From Patescibacteria group bacterium (GTDB taxonomy: Bacteria > Patescibacteriota > Minisyncoccia > Phycocordibacterales > Phycocordibacteraceae): a stretch of DNA of 64,000 bases. The stretch lies in contig JACDGK010000001.1 in NCBI GenBank assembly GCA_013815345.1, positions 3,076 to 67,075 on the forward strand, read 5' to 3'. Each line of letters opens with the position of its first letter. Position 1 is the stretch's first letter. The notes below the pieces were generated by a model. That model did no database searches and had not been told where the DNA came from. It saw nothing but the letters and a program-made list of their open reading frames with translations. Position numbers and translations under genes: made by a program. Of the stretch, positions 27,543-37,051 are shown one piece after another.

Positions 27543-29336
27543 TTATTTCTGTTTGTTTCGTGCTTTGACACGCTCGCTCTCATTCAAAAACTGTTTACGC
27601 AAACGCACACTGAGTGGAGTAATCTCAAGGTATTCATCTTCTGCCATTATTTCGAGGCCGCGTTCGATAGTGAGCGTAAAAGGAGGAACAAGATTGATCG
27701 CTTCGTCGTTACCGGAAGAGCGCACGTTTGTGAGATTCTTTCCTTTCGTAGGGTTCACCATCATTTCCTCGCCCTTTGACGTATTGCCGATAACCATACC
27801 TTCATATACTTCAATGGCCGGCATAATATACATAACTCCCCGCTCTTGAAGGCCCCACAGTGCATAGCCGAGTGCCTTGCCTGGCGCCATCGAGATCATC
27901 GAGCCCACCTGACGCTTCTTGATGTCTCCTGCGTACAGCTTAAAGCCGAGCACGCGCGATGAAAGGATACCCTCCCCTTTTGTGTCGATAACGAATTGGT
28001 TGCGATACCCCAGAAGTCCGCGGGTCGGCCCTTCGAACGTAAGGCGGACGAGATCGTCGCTCTGAGTAAGGTTTTGAAGCACAAATGCTCGGGTACCGAG
28101 TCGTTCAATGATCGCACCTTGGAATTCACTTGGTGTATCAATAATCACTTCTTCGAATGGCTCAAGTTTTTTGCCTTCCTCTTCACGGATAATGACCTGC
28201 GGCTGCGAGACCTGGAGCTCGTATCCCGACCGCCGCATGTTTTCGAGAAGTATCGCAATGTGAAGTTCACCACGTCCTGATACTTTGAACGAGTCAGGGG
28301 AAACGAAGTCAATTTTGAGTCCCACGTTTACTTCAAGTTCACGTTCAAGATACTCGCGAAGTTGGCGAGAAGTGACAAATTTTCCTTCACGTCCCGCAAA
28401 AGGAGAGTTGTTCACAAGGAAGTTAAGCGTAATGGTCGGTTCGTCGATAGCGATTGCCGGAAGTGCTTCGGCATTTTGGTCGGTGGTGATCGTTTCGCCG
28501 ATGAAAATGTCCGAGAGGCCCGCAAGCAACACAATATCCCCTGCCTGTGCTTCAGCCACCTCCACACGCTCAATTCCCTTGAAAGAGAAAATCTTGGTGA
28601 GTTTTCCTGTACGGGTTTCACCATCTGGCTTTTTTACAAATACCTGCTCGCCTACATGAACAACACCCTCGTAAATGCGAGCGACAGCAAGACGACCAAG
28701 GAAATTGTCATAGCCAAGGTTAAAGGATTGGATACGAAGAGGCTGTGCAATGAGCTCAGGCGTTGCCGCAGACGCCACATGCTCAAGAATGACGTCGAGA
28801 AGCGGGGTAAGGTCTTTTCGTTCATCATCAAGGCTGCGCATTGCTACCCCCTCACGGCCTATTGAATAAACAGTGGTGAAATTCGCCTGTTCATCCGAAG
28901 CACCGAGCTCGAGAAAGAGTTCGAGCACCTGTTCCTCTGCCCAAGCAGGATTAGCGGCAGCCTTATCTATTTTATTTAAAACGACAATGGGTTTAATGCC
29001 GAGTTCCAGTGACTTTTTGAGTACAAATCGTGTTTGTGGCATCGGACCTTCTTGCGCATCAACGACGAGAAGCACAGAATCAATAGAACGAAGTACGCGT
29101 TCGACTTCAGAACCGAAATCCGCGTGGCCCGGTGTATCGACAATATTGATTTTGGTTCCTTTATATTCTATTGAAGTATTTTTGGAGTAAATGGTGATGC
29201 CGCGCTCTAGCTCGATAGAGTTCGAGTCCATGGAAATACCCTCAACCGCCGCACCTGTTTGACGCATCAAAGCATCCGTCAAGGTAGTCTTGCCGTGGTC
29301 AACGTGCGCGATAATCGCGATGTTTCGGATTTCCAT
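27543..29336 (-). CDS. typA: Translational GTPase TypA/BipA
   Basis: AHVDHGKTTL G1, DTPGHADF G3 and NKID G4. Length and domain order match BipA. Confidence 0.9.
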   Translation of the reverse strand: MEIRNIAIIAHVDHGKTTLTDALMRQTGAAVEGISMDSNSIELERGITIYSKNTSIEYKGTKINIVDTPGHADFGSEVERVLRSIDSVLLVVDAQEGPMPQTRFVLKKSLELGIKPIVVLNKIDKAAANPAWAEEQVLELFLELGASDEQANFTTVYSIGREGVAMRSLDDERKDLTPLLDVILEHVASAATPELIAQPLRIQSFNLGYDNFLGRLAVARIYEGVVHVGEQVFVKKPDGETRTGKLTKIFSFKGIERVEVAEAQAGDIVLLAGLSDIFIGETITTDQNAEALPAIAIDEPTITLNFLVNNSPFAGREGKFVTSRQLREYLERELEVNVGLKIDFVSPDSFKVSGRGELHIAILLENMRRSGYELQVSQPQVIIREEEGKKLEPFEEVIIDTPSEFQGAIIERLGTRAFVLQNLTQSDDLVRLTFEGPTRGLLGYRNQFVIDTKGEGILSSRVLGFKLYAGDIKKRQVGSMISMAPGKALGYALWGLQERGVMYIMPAIEVYEGMVIGNTSKGEEMMVNPTKGKNLTNVRSSGNDEAINLVPPFTLTIERGLEIMAEDEYLEITPLSVRLRKQFLNESERVKARNKQK

Positions 29337-29553
29337 AATAAAAAGGGGCGCCGCTTGTGACGGGCCGTTATATATAAAGTAACCTTATATTCGCTTTCCG
29401 TCAACAAATATTCGATATGATACGCCGGCAAGGAGGATTGAACTCCTGGGATGTGATTTGATAGATCTATCCTGTCACCAGACCGCCGGCTCTGTGAGCA
29501 TAGCGAATTAGTGATAAAGAATTCCTGGAGAAAAAATCTAGATTGTATTAAAG

Positions 29554-29581
29554 AAAAACGCCGGCTTTCGCCGGCGTTTTC
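29554..29581. terminator. Rho-independent terminator AAAACGCCGGC-TTTC-GCCGGCGTTTT
   Basis: Perfect 11-bp GC-rich stem flanked by A- and T-runs, downstream of the GH18 gene (minus strand). Confidence 0.6.
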
Positions 29582-29669
29582 CCATCACATCCTATCTGAT
29601 GACTAAGTAGATCTATCACCTATAATAATATTCCTCTCGAAGAAGAATGTCAAACGTCTTGAAAAGATT

Positions 29670-30950
29670 TTATTTACTTGGCAAAATGTTCCAAAGATTT
29701 TGATCTTCTCCTCCGTCTAGTTTAAAAATGGCTACTCCGCGAATACCGAGCTTTTTCGCGAGCGCGATCTTTTGCGCAATTGAGGTCGCATCGCTCCAGG
29801 TCATATAGCGGAACGTTCCGGGAAGCGCGTTTGTACTTTCCGCAGCTTGCGCAACCGCTACGCCGGCCGAAGCCGTCAAAAAATTTGCTGTCGTTGAGGT
29901 CGCAGGGGAGGTTCCTGCTGGTAGTACCGCCGGTGTCGTAGTCGGTATATAGGAAACCGCCATTTCTCCTACGCTATTACGCAGGGGCGTCTTATTGAAT
30001 GCACTGGCGAGCTGTGTTGCATATTTGAGGTTAAACGACCATAAAAGATTGTAGAGATAGCCACTCCCCTTTGCGTACGGTGTTACGTCATATTCGTAGC
30101 CGTAGGTAGCAACGCCCATTTCCATTTTGCTTGGCGCGATGCTTTTCTCCATAAGCTGCACCACGGAGGTGATCCACGCCGGATCAGCTACTGGTGTGTA
30201 GATAGTATTCCCTGCTGCCGCATTCAGTTTTTTGTCGGCTGATTCTTGATCATACGTCATAATACGGACTCGATCGCAGTATTTGTTTATAGCTGAAAGA
30301 TCATTGGCGTATTGAAACTGGCCAAGCGGCTTAGTCGTATTAAGTTCTTCAGGAGGCGTACGAGCTTCGATGGTGCACATAACCCACTTACTGCCCATTG
30401 CAGTATAAAGCTGTTTTAAGAACTGTGAGAAATAATTTATATCTGAAGCTTTTTTGCCCTCATAATCAATATCGACGCCGTCAAAGTTGTTTTGTTTCAC
30501 CATTGCAACGATAGCTGCGACATGCTGCGCGCGAAGTGTGGGGCTACTCAATATGTGGTCGATCGCATTTGTATTACTCCACATTACCGTGGGAACAACC
30601 CGCACATGCTGCGCATGTGCGGCCGTAATAAGTGGTGCCCAGGTTGACGTCGCACTGTTGAGATTCGCCGCATCAAAAAGCGTGCCGTCAGTTTTCACCG
30701 TATAGCCAAAAGGATTAATTTCCGTGAGTTTATTTAAATGTGGCAAGACGTCGGCTGTGGAAGTAGCCACTCGCCAATACGGAAGCCAGCCAGAAACCTC
30801 GAATGGCCGCGTGGTGGTAGCGGCGAACGCTAGCGAGGGCATGCTATTTCCGAGCAGCACTGCCAGAAATAGAATGAGGCAAGCAGGAATGTTCCCTAGA
30901 CCCATTTTCAAAAGAAGCGATTTGACCATGATACCTATAGTATACGGCAA
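29670..30950 (-). CDS. Secreted glycoside hydrolase family 18 (chitinase/spore-cortex-lytic-like)
   Basis: Signal peptide and GH18 catalytic motif FDGVDIDYEG (DxxDxDxE). Confidence 0.75.
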   Translation of the reverse strand: MPYTIGIMVKSLLLKMGLGNIPACLILFLAVLLGNSMPSLAFAATTTRPFEVSGWLPYWRVATSTADVLPHLNKLTEINPFGYTVKTDGTLFDAANLNSATSTWAPLITAAHAQHVRVVPTVMWSNTNAIDHILSSPTLRAQHVAAIVAMVKQNNFDGVDIDYEGKKASDINYFSQFLKQLYTAMGSKWVMCTIEARTPPEELNTTKPLGQFQYANDLSAINKYCDRVRIMTYDQESADKKLNAAAGNTIYTPVADPAWITSVVQLMEKSIAPSKMEMGVATYGYEYDVTPYAKGSGYLYNLLWSFNLKYATQLASAFNKTPLRNSVGEMAVSYIPTTTPAVLPAGTSPATSTTANFLTASAGVAVAQAAESTNALPGTFRYMTWSDATSIAQKIALAKKLGIRGVAIFKLDGGEDQNLWNILPSK

Positions 30951-30992
30951 AATAAGCTCTCAATGAAATAATTCTGAAGAATATCTAAATCT

Positions 30993-31970
30993 TTATTTCA
31001 AATATTTATTCACGTTTGCCACCTGTCCTTTGTAAGTAACCGAGCAATGAATCTGCCCATTAGTGTCATGCAAGTAGAAGATACAATCAGTCTTTTGAGG
31101 GTTCAGTACCGCGTTAATGGCGGTAAGACTTGGCTCGTCGATAGGATGCGGTGGCAAGCCCACGTGTCGGTAGGTATTAAAAGGCGACTCAATAAATTTA
31201 TCAGCTGAAGTTGGCACTGGCCACCAATTCGATTCGTCGCCTTTCACGTATTGCAACGTGTCATCAAGCTGTAATGCCATGTGGTGATCGAGTCGATTCC
31301 ATAAGATTCCCGCAATGATGGGCATATCTTTCGGACCGGCTGCTTCACGTTCGATAAGGGAGGCAAGATTCACTACCATGGTCCATGGAATATTTTGCTG
31401 TTCGGCTTGAATAGCGAAAGGTGCGAATACCTGCTGAAAACGATCCCTGAAACGTTGGGCAACTAGTGCGGGTGACTGGTCAGAAGGAATGAGGTATGTA
31501 TCAGGATAGTAGACACCTTCTACGAAAGAAGGCGATGGTGCGGTATCTATATTTATCCATTCGGTTTTTTGGGCCGCCGTCCACGCAAACGTGCTCGCAA
31601 GTTTTTCAGCAATCTGCTCCTTACGCCATCCTGGAGGAAATTTAAAAAACACCAGATAGGGTGGCTTTGTGAGCAGCGACGCAATGGTCCATATATCCAT
31701 GCTTGCCGAAATCTCATACCCGCCGGGACGAATCTGCCTTCCGATAAGCGCACCCCCTATGGCGATTTGGAATGCAAGTCGGCTTCGAATGAAGCCTTCT
31801 CTCTTCAGATTATTATTTATTTGGTCAGTGGTTTGTCCTTCAGTAACAATAAACTCAGTCTGCGTAGCATACCGGTCAACAGGACCAAAAAAATGTGAAT
31901 ACGTGAGTGCGAATCCAATGAGCAAGACCACGAACCCACCTACACCGACATATATTAAGCGCTTCCTCAT
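30993..31970 (-). CDS. mltG: Endolytic murein transglycosylase MltG (YceG family)
   Basis: N-terminal TM, YYPDTY and ASLIEREA motifs. Confidence 0.85.
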   Translation of the reverse strand: MRKRLIYVGVGGFVVLLIGFALTYSHFFGPVDRYATQTEFIVTEGQTTDQINNNLKREGFIRSRLAFQIAIGGALIGRQIRPGGYEISASMDIWTIASLLTKPPYLVFFKFPPGWRKEQIAEKLASTFAWTAAQKTEWINIDTAPSPSFVEGVYYPDTYLIPSDQSPALVAQRFRDRFQQVFAPFAIQAEQQNIPWTMVVNLASLIEREAAGPKDMPIIAGILWNRLDHHMALQLDDTLQYVKGDESNWWPVPTSADKFIESPFNTYRHVGLPPHPIDEPSLTAINAVLNPQKTDCIFYLHDTNGQIHCSVTYKGQVANVNKYLK

Positions 31971-31979
31971 TTGCCGTAC

Positions 31980-32121
31980 CTATTTCGCACTTTCTCCCTC
32001 CCAATACTGGAGACTTTCTCCAACCTTTCCTAAGAAGGCAAAACCTTCGGGTGCCTTTCCCATCGCCGCTGGACGAGGCAGATACTCCAATTCCTTAAGG
32101 TTTATGATTGATTCTTGTTCC
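31980..32121 (-). CDS. Possible small ORF (47 aa) MEQESIINLKELEYLPRPAAMGKAPEGFAFLGKVGESLQYWEGESAK
   Basis: Manual translation directly upstream of mltG, with no other support. Confidence 0.2.
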
Positions 32122-32280
32122 ATATTTGTATTCTATCATTATTCTTATTGCCAACGCTTTGTTTTTCCACGAGATAAAAAATTAATGAATTTAAAATAAA
32201 GATTATCTGTACAAGTTGTCCCATTGTTTTTTCCTAAAATTCCTTGTTACCGTCATTGTGGTTGCTACAATCAAAAAACC

Positions 32281-32952
32281 ATGCGAGCACTCGTTATCGA
32301 TGACGAAGAAGGAGTACGAAATATTCTATGTCAACATTTGCGTTCAGAATGTTTTGCCGTCGATGCTGCAGAAAATGGTACGAAAGGTTCCTATCTCGCT
32401 CGCACCAATGACTACGACATTATTATTCTCGATAATATGATGCCGGAGAAATCAGGGGTGCAAGTATGTGAAGAGATACGACGAACCGGCCGCACCATGC
32501 CCATACTCGTATTATCCGTTCTTGGAGAGACCCGTCAAAAGGTAGAACTTATCAATGCGGGAGCAGATGATTATATGATCAAACCTTTCTCTTTTGATGA
32601 GCTCATGGCTCGAGTTCGCGCGCTTATGCGACGTCCACCAAACCTCGAGGGCGATCTTCTAAGCATTGATGATCTTACCCTCGATACGAAGCAACAGAAG
32701 GTGCAACGTGGAGAGAAAGGCATATATCTTACGCGTAAAGAATTCATGCTTCTTGAATACCTTATGCGTAATGAGGGTGCGGTGCTCTCGCGTGGAATGA
32801 TCATGGAACATGTATGGGATATGTCGAGTGACCCTTTTTCAAATACCATTGAATCTCACATTTTGAGTTTGCGTAAAAAGATCGGTGATGTTGCTGGCTC
32901 TCGATTAATAAAAACGGTGCCAGGACGTGGATATACCATAGGTCTTTCATAA
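32281..32952 (+). CDS. OmpR/PhoB-family response regulator (receiver plus winged-helix DNA-binding domain)
   Basis: MRALVIDDEEG..., DYDIIILDNMMP Asp region and C-terminal trans_reg_C motifs (LTRKEFMLLEYL..., RLIKTVPGRGY). Confidence 0.85.
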   Translation: MRALVIDDEEGVRNILCQHLRSECFAVDAAENGTKGSYLARTNDYDIIILDNMMPEKSGVQVCEEIRRTGRTMPILVLSVLGETRQKVELINAGADDYMIKPFSFDELMARVRALMRRPPNLEGDLLSIDDLTLDTKQQKVQRGEKGIYLTRKEFMLLEYLMRNEGAVLSRGMIMEHVWDMSSDPFSNTIESHILSLRKKIGDVAGSRLIKTVPGRGYTIGLS

Positions 32953-33064
32953 AACTTCATAAGTATTTTATCTTTCTTTGAGAATTCATATATCTTCCAC
33001 TTGCTAACTTTCTCTATAGATCGTTCTTTGTAAGCTGTTTGTCAGCAAAAAAAGGAATTATTCG

Positions 33065-34036
33065 ATGAACGTCATAGAATTTATCGACATTCCGAAGTCA
33101 CTAAAGAGAGGATGTGTGCTGCGATTCATACCGAGAAACCCCGATCCTAAGTATTACGCTCAAAGAATCGATCGTAATCTGGGAGTGATAACGGGGGAAG
33201 AGCAAGAAATTCTTCGTAATTCAGTAGTGGGTATTGCGGGGACGGGAGGGATGGGAGGTCTCATCGCTGCTCAGTTAACCCGAGTTGGCATTGGTGAAAT
33301 TCGAATTGCCGATAGCGAAACATTCGATGTTTCGAACATTAACCGACAATTTGGTGCACTTCGCACCAATATCGGTAAATCGAAAGCTCTTGAGACAGCG
33401 CGGATGATACGGGCTATCACTGATGACGTGACCCTTGAGGTATACCCTCAGGGAATTACGGAAGAAAGCGTAAAGACTTTCGTTAGTGGTTGTGACGTTA
33501 TCTGCGACGAAATAGAGTTTCTCGCCATCGACGCTCGCATCCTTCTGCATCAGCAGGCACGTACCCACAATGTCTCGCTTCTCAATTGTAATTCGGTCTG
33601 GTTCGGTTCTTATCTCTTTCTCTATACACCGCAAAGCATGACGATGGAAGAAGCTATCGGCTTATCGTATGAAAAAGCAAAAGAGTTGCGATACAAAGCA
33701 ATGACCGGAGACATTGAGGCTGCTGCGCTTATTATCAAAAGAATGACTCGGGCGGTAGCTCCAGGGCTGCCGGAATACCGACCACATGCGACAGAAACGG
33801 ATCATCAGGCATTTTCCCGAAGACTTTACGAAGAAGGAAGGGTGCCCATTTTAGGCACTAATCCTCTCTTTGCTGCAGGATTCTTAGCTGATCGACTCGT
33901 CTTGTATCTTTTACGGAAATCGGGAACACCGCGAGAGATTAGACTCCTTCCCGAAATGCCAGGATATCTCTATATGGATGCAGCCTGCGTAGAGGGAAAA
34001 TTCAGCACGAAAGGGTGGTTTGATGATGTCTGTTAG
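33065..34036 (+). CDS. ThiF/MoeB-family E1-like adenylyltransferase
   Basis: Rossmann GIAGTGGMGG, NINRQ and D..V..SN motifs. It has no CxxC zinc pairs and a roughly 45-aa N-terminal extension. Confidence 0.75.
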   Translation: MNVIEFIDIPKSLKRGCVLRFIPRNPDPKYYAQRIDRNLGVITGEEQEILRNSVVGIAGTGGMGGLIAAQLTRVGIGEIRIADSETFDVSNINRQFGALRTNIGKSKALETARMIRAITDDVTLEVYPQGITEESVKTFVSGCDVICDEIEFLAIDARILLHQQARTHNVSLLNCNSVWFGSYLFLYTPQSMTMEEAIGLSYEKAKELRYKAMTGDIEAAALIIKRMTRAVAPGLPEYRPHATETDHQAFSRRLYEEGRVPILGTNPLFAAGFLADRLVLYLLRKSGTPREIRLLPEMPGYLYMDAACVEGKFSTKGWFDDVC

Positions 34037-34586
34037 TAACCCATTAATCACAGCTTCCATTGTCGTGACCCAAAAGGAACATGATGAGGCTATTGTCTAC
34101 ATAGAGAGTTCTATGAGAAAGATATTTCGCTGCGAACCGCCGCCCACGCGCGGAGCCATCTGTATCGCTCGAATCCATGACAGAATCGTCGGGAGCTTGG
34201 TGCTGCAGAGCACCAAGCACGATTGCCCATTCCCGATCGAAGATCACTACGATTTCGACCCAAAAGAGATGCCATTTCCTTTCTCTCGAAGCGAGGTGGT
34301 TCAGGCTACAAGGTGGATAGCTACGGAACCGGGCGTCTCTCTTCGCGTTGTAAAGGCATGTGGGTGGATTGCGCACGGTTTCGAGAAACGATACATGTTT
34401 ATCGAAGCCAAACCGTATTCCGTAGAACGCCTTTGTGAATTAGGACTTGATTGCCGGATTGTCAAAAATGCCGTCCTTGTACCCGAACGGGTACGAGAAT
34501 CAGTCGGTGAAGCAGGGATATTCTACTACACCGAACATCCTTTACCAACTCTCTGTATATTTCCGATTGCACCTCTTCTTATCTAG
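34020..34586 (+). CDS. Hypothetical 188-aa protein, possibly a GNAT-fold LuxI/N-acyl amino acid synthase-like acyltransferase
   Basis: Pattern ...AICIARIHDRIVGSLVL..., ...SEVVQATRWIA... and ...ERLCELGLDCRIV resembles the Acetyltransf_5/autoinducer-synthase fold. It overlaps the E1-like gene by 17 nt. Confidence 0.35.
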   Translation: MMMSVSNPLITASIVVTQKEHDEAIVYIESSMRKIFRCEPPPTRGAICIARIHDRIVGSLVLQSTKHDCPFPIEDHYDFDPKEMPFPFSRSEVVQATRWIATEPGVSLRVVKACGWIAHGFEKRYMFIEAKPYSVERLCELGLDCRIVKNAVLVPERVRESVGEAGIFYYTEHPLPTLCIFPIAPLLI

Positions 34587-34625
34587 TCGTGCATTAATCA
34601 CAGTAGTATGAGTAACTGCATACTT

Positions 34626-34655
34626 CGTCCTCGGCATGCCGAGGACGTCCTTTTA
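34626..34655 (+). terminator. Rho-independent terminator CGTCCTCGG-CATG-CCGAGGACG followed by TCCTTTT
   Basis: Perfect 9-bp stem plus a T-tract after the 188-aa gene. Confidence 0.55.
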
Positions 34656-34669
34656 AAAAACTATGGTGA

Positions 34670-36733
34670 ATGCGAAAATATGAAAGACTCTTTAGCTCAA
34701 TGATCACTCTCGGGCAAGCGCTCCTCCTTTCTATCAATGCCGTTAATCTCGGTATCGGTCTATGGGTTCTTATCAAAAATCCGCGGCAGCGAGTTAATCT
34801 TTCATTCTTTATTTTTATCTTGGGTATCACGGCGTGGTCGGTAGGAATATCGCTGCTCTACATTACCCATGATTTTCAGTACGACAAACTTGCTCTAGGA
34901 GGAGGACTGCTTATGCTTTTCGGACTCACGTTTTTCGCACGTGTTTTCGCAAATGACAAACCACTCACCGCCCGATTCTTTGTGCTTTTCACTCCTCTTA
35001 TCGTTGGTGTTGCGTGTCTTCCTTTCAATGTATTCATACGAGGTATGACCGTAGATGCCCAGGGTTTCATTCAGCCGGTAAATGGTCCTCTGTTCCCTTT
35101 TTATCTCTTACTCGCTGTCGGCTATTTTTTAATAGGGTTCTATCTTTTTGCCTATAATTTCGTTCATTCGACCGGAAAAGCGAAACTACAAATGCGTTAT
35201 CTGGCGACGGGCATTATAATTTTTATGAGTGCGGTACTGCTATTCAATGTGTTTCTTCCTTCTTTTGGCATCTATCGATTAAATCTTTTTGGACCCGCTG
35301 GTTCCGTCGTGTTCGTAACACTGACCAGCTATACTATCGTGCGCCACCAACTCATGGACATACGGGTTGCTATACAACGAGGCGCCTTTTATTCATTGCT
35401 TGTTTCGCTTATTGTATCCGCCTATGTAGCCCTGCTCATGGTTATGGTGGAGCTATTCGATACCGGAGAACGAGTCGCGATACTGGTATCGGCAACCATC
35501 ATAACCATCTTCGGTATCGTGACGGTTCCTCCTATTGAAAGATATTTTCAAAAGGTGACCGATCGATTCTTTTTTAAAAACAAATATAACTACGCACTTG
35601 CTCTTGAGAAATTAAGTGTCGTCTTAAAAGATAATATACGATTTTCTCGACTTGTTCCTCTCATTTTGCGCTCACTTCAGGATATTCTAAAACCAACTTT
35701 TATTGAGTTTGCTCACGCAAGCACAGGCAAGGTGTTTGATCTTGAAAATCATACTTCCGCACGACGTGCTCCTCGCGGTATGTCAAACAATGGCTTACAA
35801 ATATCGATTGTGTCACGTAAACGCAGCGTCGGCACTTTTACCTTCGGTCCCAAACGATCGGGAGATCCCTATACAAGCGAAGACCATATGTTATTGCGCA
35901 CATTTGCGAGCCAAGCCTCGGTTGCATTCGAAAAGGCTGAGCTGTACCAGGAGCTCCAAACCTACTCCGAATCTCTCGAACAGAAAGTGGGTGAGCGCAC
36001 ACAGAGGATTCTTAAACTTCAAGAGCAGCAACGTCAACTTTTTGACGATATTTCACATGCACTTCAAACACCTCTTACCGTACTCAAGAGCGCCTTGGAA
36101 TCAATGAATCGAGAAAAGATAGTGTCGGAGAAACGTGCGGTGGAGTGTATGGAGCACAGTCTCGACGACCTTTCAGCCAGAATACGAAATCTCCTTCAAC
36201 TTGCTCGCATTGATGCCGTTCCGATGGATGAGCAAAAAGAATGTGTTGATATAGGACTTTTAGTTGCAGCTGTTATTGAATACGTTGAAGTGATCTGTCG
36301 AGAAAAGGATATTACTGTACGGGTTACTCTTGAACCTGGTCTCATTATATTTGGAAACAAAAAACAAATTGAGGAACTGATCACGAATCTACTAAGCAAT
36401 GCCGTGCGCTATACAGGATCATGCCTCATACGAGAGATAAGCGTGGCAGTGAGAGCAAGAAAGAAGGATGTTGAATTCGCTTTAACTGATACGGGCATAG
36501 GCATTGCGAAAGATCGACTTCCTTATATCTTCGATCGTTTTTATCGTGCGGGTGATACAGATTCCGCCTCTGGGGGATATGGTCTCGGTCTCGCGATTAG
36601 TAAAAGTATTGCAGAAAGAAACGCAGGTACTATATCAGTGAGTAGTACCTACGGCAAAGGCACACGTTTTATAGTACGTTTCCCTCGAGTGTTTCCGGGA
36701 AAAGATCTAGTAAAAGACGTCGCGAATGGATAA
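34670..36733 (+). CDS. Sensor histidine kinase with an N-terminal polytopic (about 7 TM) domain, HisKA and HATPase_c
   Basis: H-box FDDISHALQTPLT, N-box LLSNAVRYT, G1 DTGIGI and G2 GGYGLGLAIS. Confidence 0.85.
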   Translation: MRKYERLFSSMITLGQALLLSINAVNLGIGLWVLIKNPRQRVNLSFFIFILGITAWSVGISLLYITHDFQYDKLALGGGLLMLFGLTFFARVFANDKPLTARFFVLFTPLIVGVACLPFNVFIRGMTVDAQGFIQPVNGPLFPFYLLLAVGYFLIGFYLFAYNFVHSTGKAKLQMRYLATGIIIFMSAVLLFNVFLPSFGIYRLNLFGPAGSVVFVTLTSYTIVRHQLMDIRVAIQRGAFYSLLVSLIVSAYVALLMVMVELFDTGERVAILVSATIITIFGIVTVPPIERYFQKVTDRFFFKNKYNYALALEKLSVVLKDNIRFSRLVPLILRSLQDILKPTFIEFAHASTGKVFDLENHTSARRAPRGMSNNGLQISIVSRKRSVGTFTFGPKRSGDPYTSEDHMLLRTFASQASVAFEKAELYQELQTYSESLEQKVGERTQRILKLQEQQRQLFDDISHALQTPLTVLKSALESMNREKIVSEKRAVECMEHSLDDLSARIRNLLQLARIDAVPMDEQKECVDIGLLVAAVIEYVEVICREKDITVRVTLEPGLIIFGNKKQIEELITNLLSNAVRYTGSCLIREISVAVRARKKDVEFALTDTGIGIAKDRLPYIFDRFYRAGDTDSASGGYGLGLAISKSIAERNAGTISVSSTYGKGTRFIVRFPRVFPGKDLVKDVANG

Positions 36734-37034
36734 GAGACTCGAGCATAAAGGTTAACTGCTGTTCGTCATCTAACGTGTATCGCTTTTGCACATTCCCAAA
36801 ATTCTTCAGTTCTTCCTGAAACTTGTAGATACCGGCACCAAAATAGCTCGGCAGGGAGTGTGGACCAAATTCTTCCCACAAACGATCGTCGACTACGTCG
36901 AGCATTAATTCATCTCGCAAAAGTCCAAACACTTTTGCATAGGGTGAACATATAGCTACTCTTCCCTCCTGATTTGAACGCCGATAGGTCTGTACTACGT
37001 TTTCATTCTTCGCATCGTGAGACATCATTTTCAT
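36669..37034 (-). CDS. Hypothetical protein (121 aa)
   Basis: Protein-like composition immediately downstream of RadC on the same strand. It overlaps the kinase 3' end by 65 nt, which lowers confidence. Confidence 0.35.
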   Translation of the reverse strand: MKMMSHDAKNENVVQTYRRSNQEGRVAICSPYAKVFGLLRDELMLDVVDDRLWEEFGPHSLPSYFGAGIYKFQEELKNFGNVQKRYTLDDEQQLTFMLESLIHSRRLLLDLFPETLEGNVL

Positions 37035-37051
37035 AGAGTAGTGATATTAGA

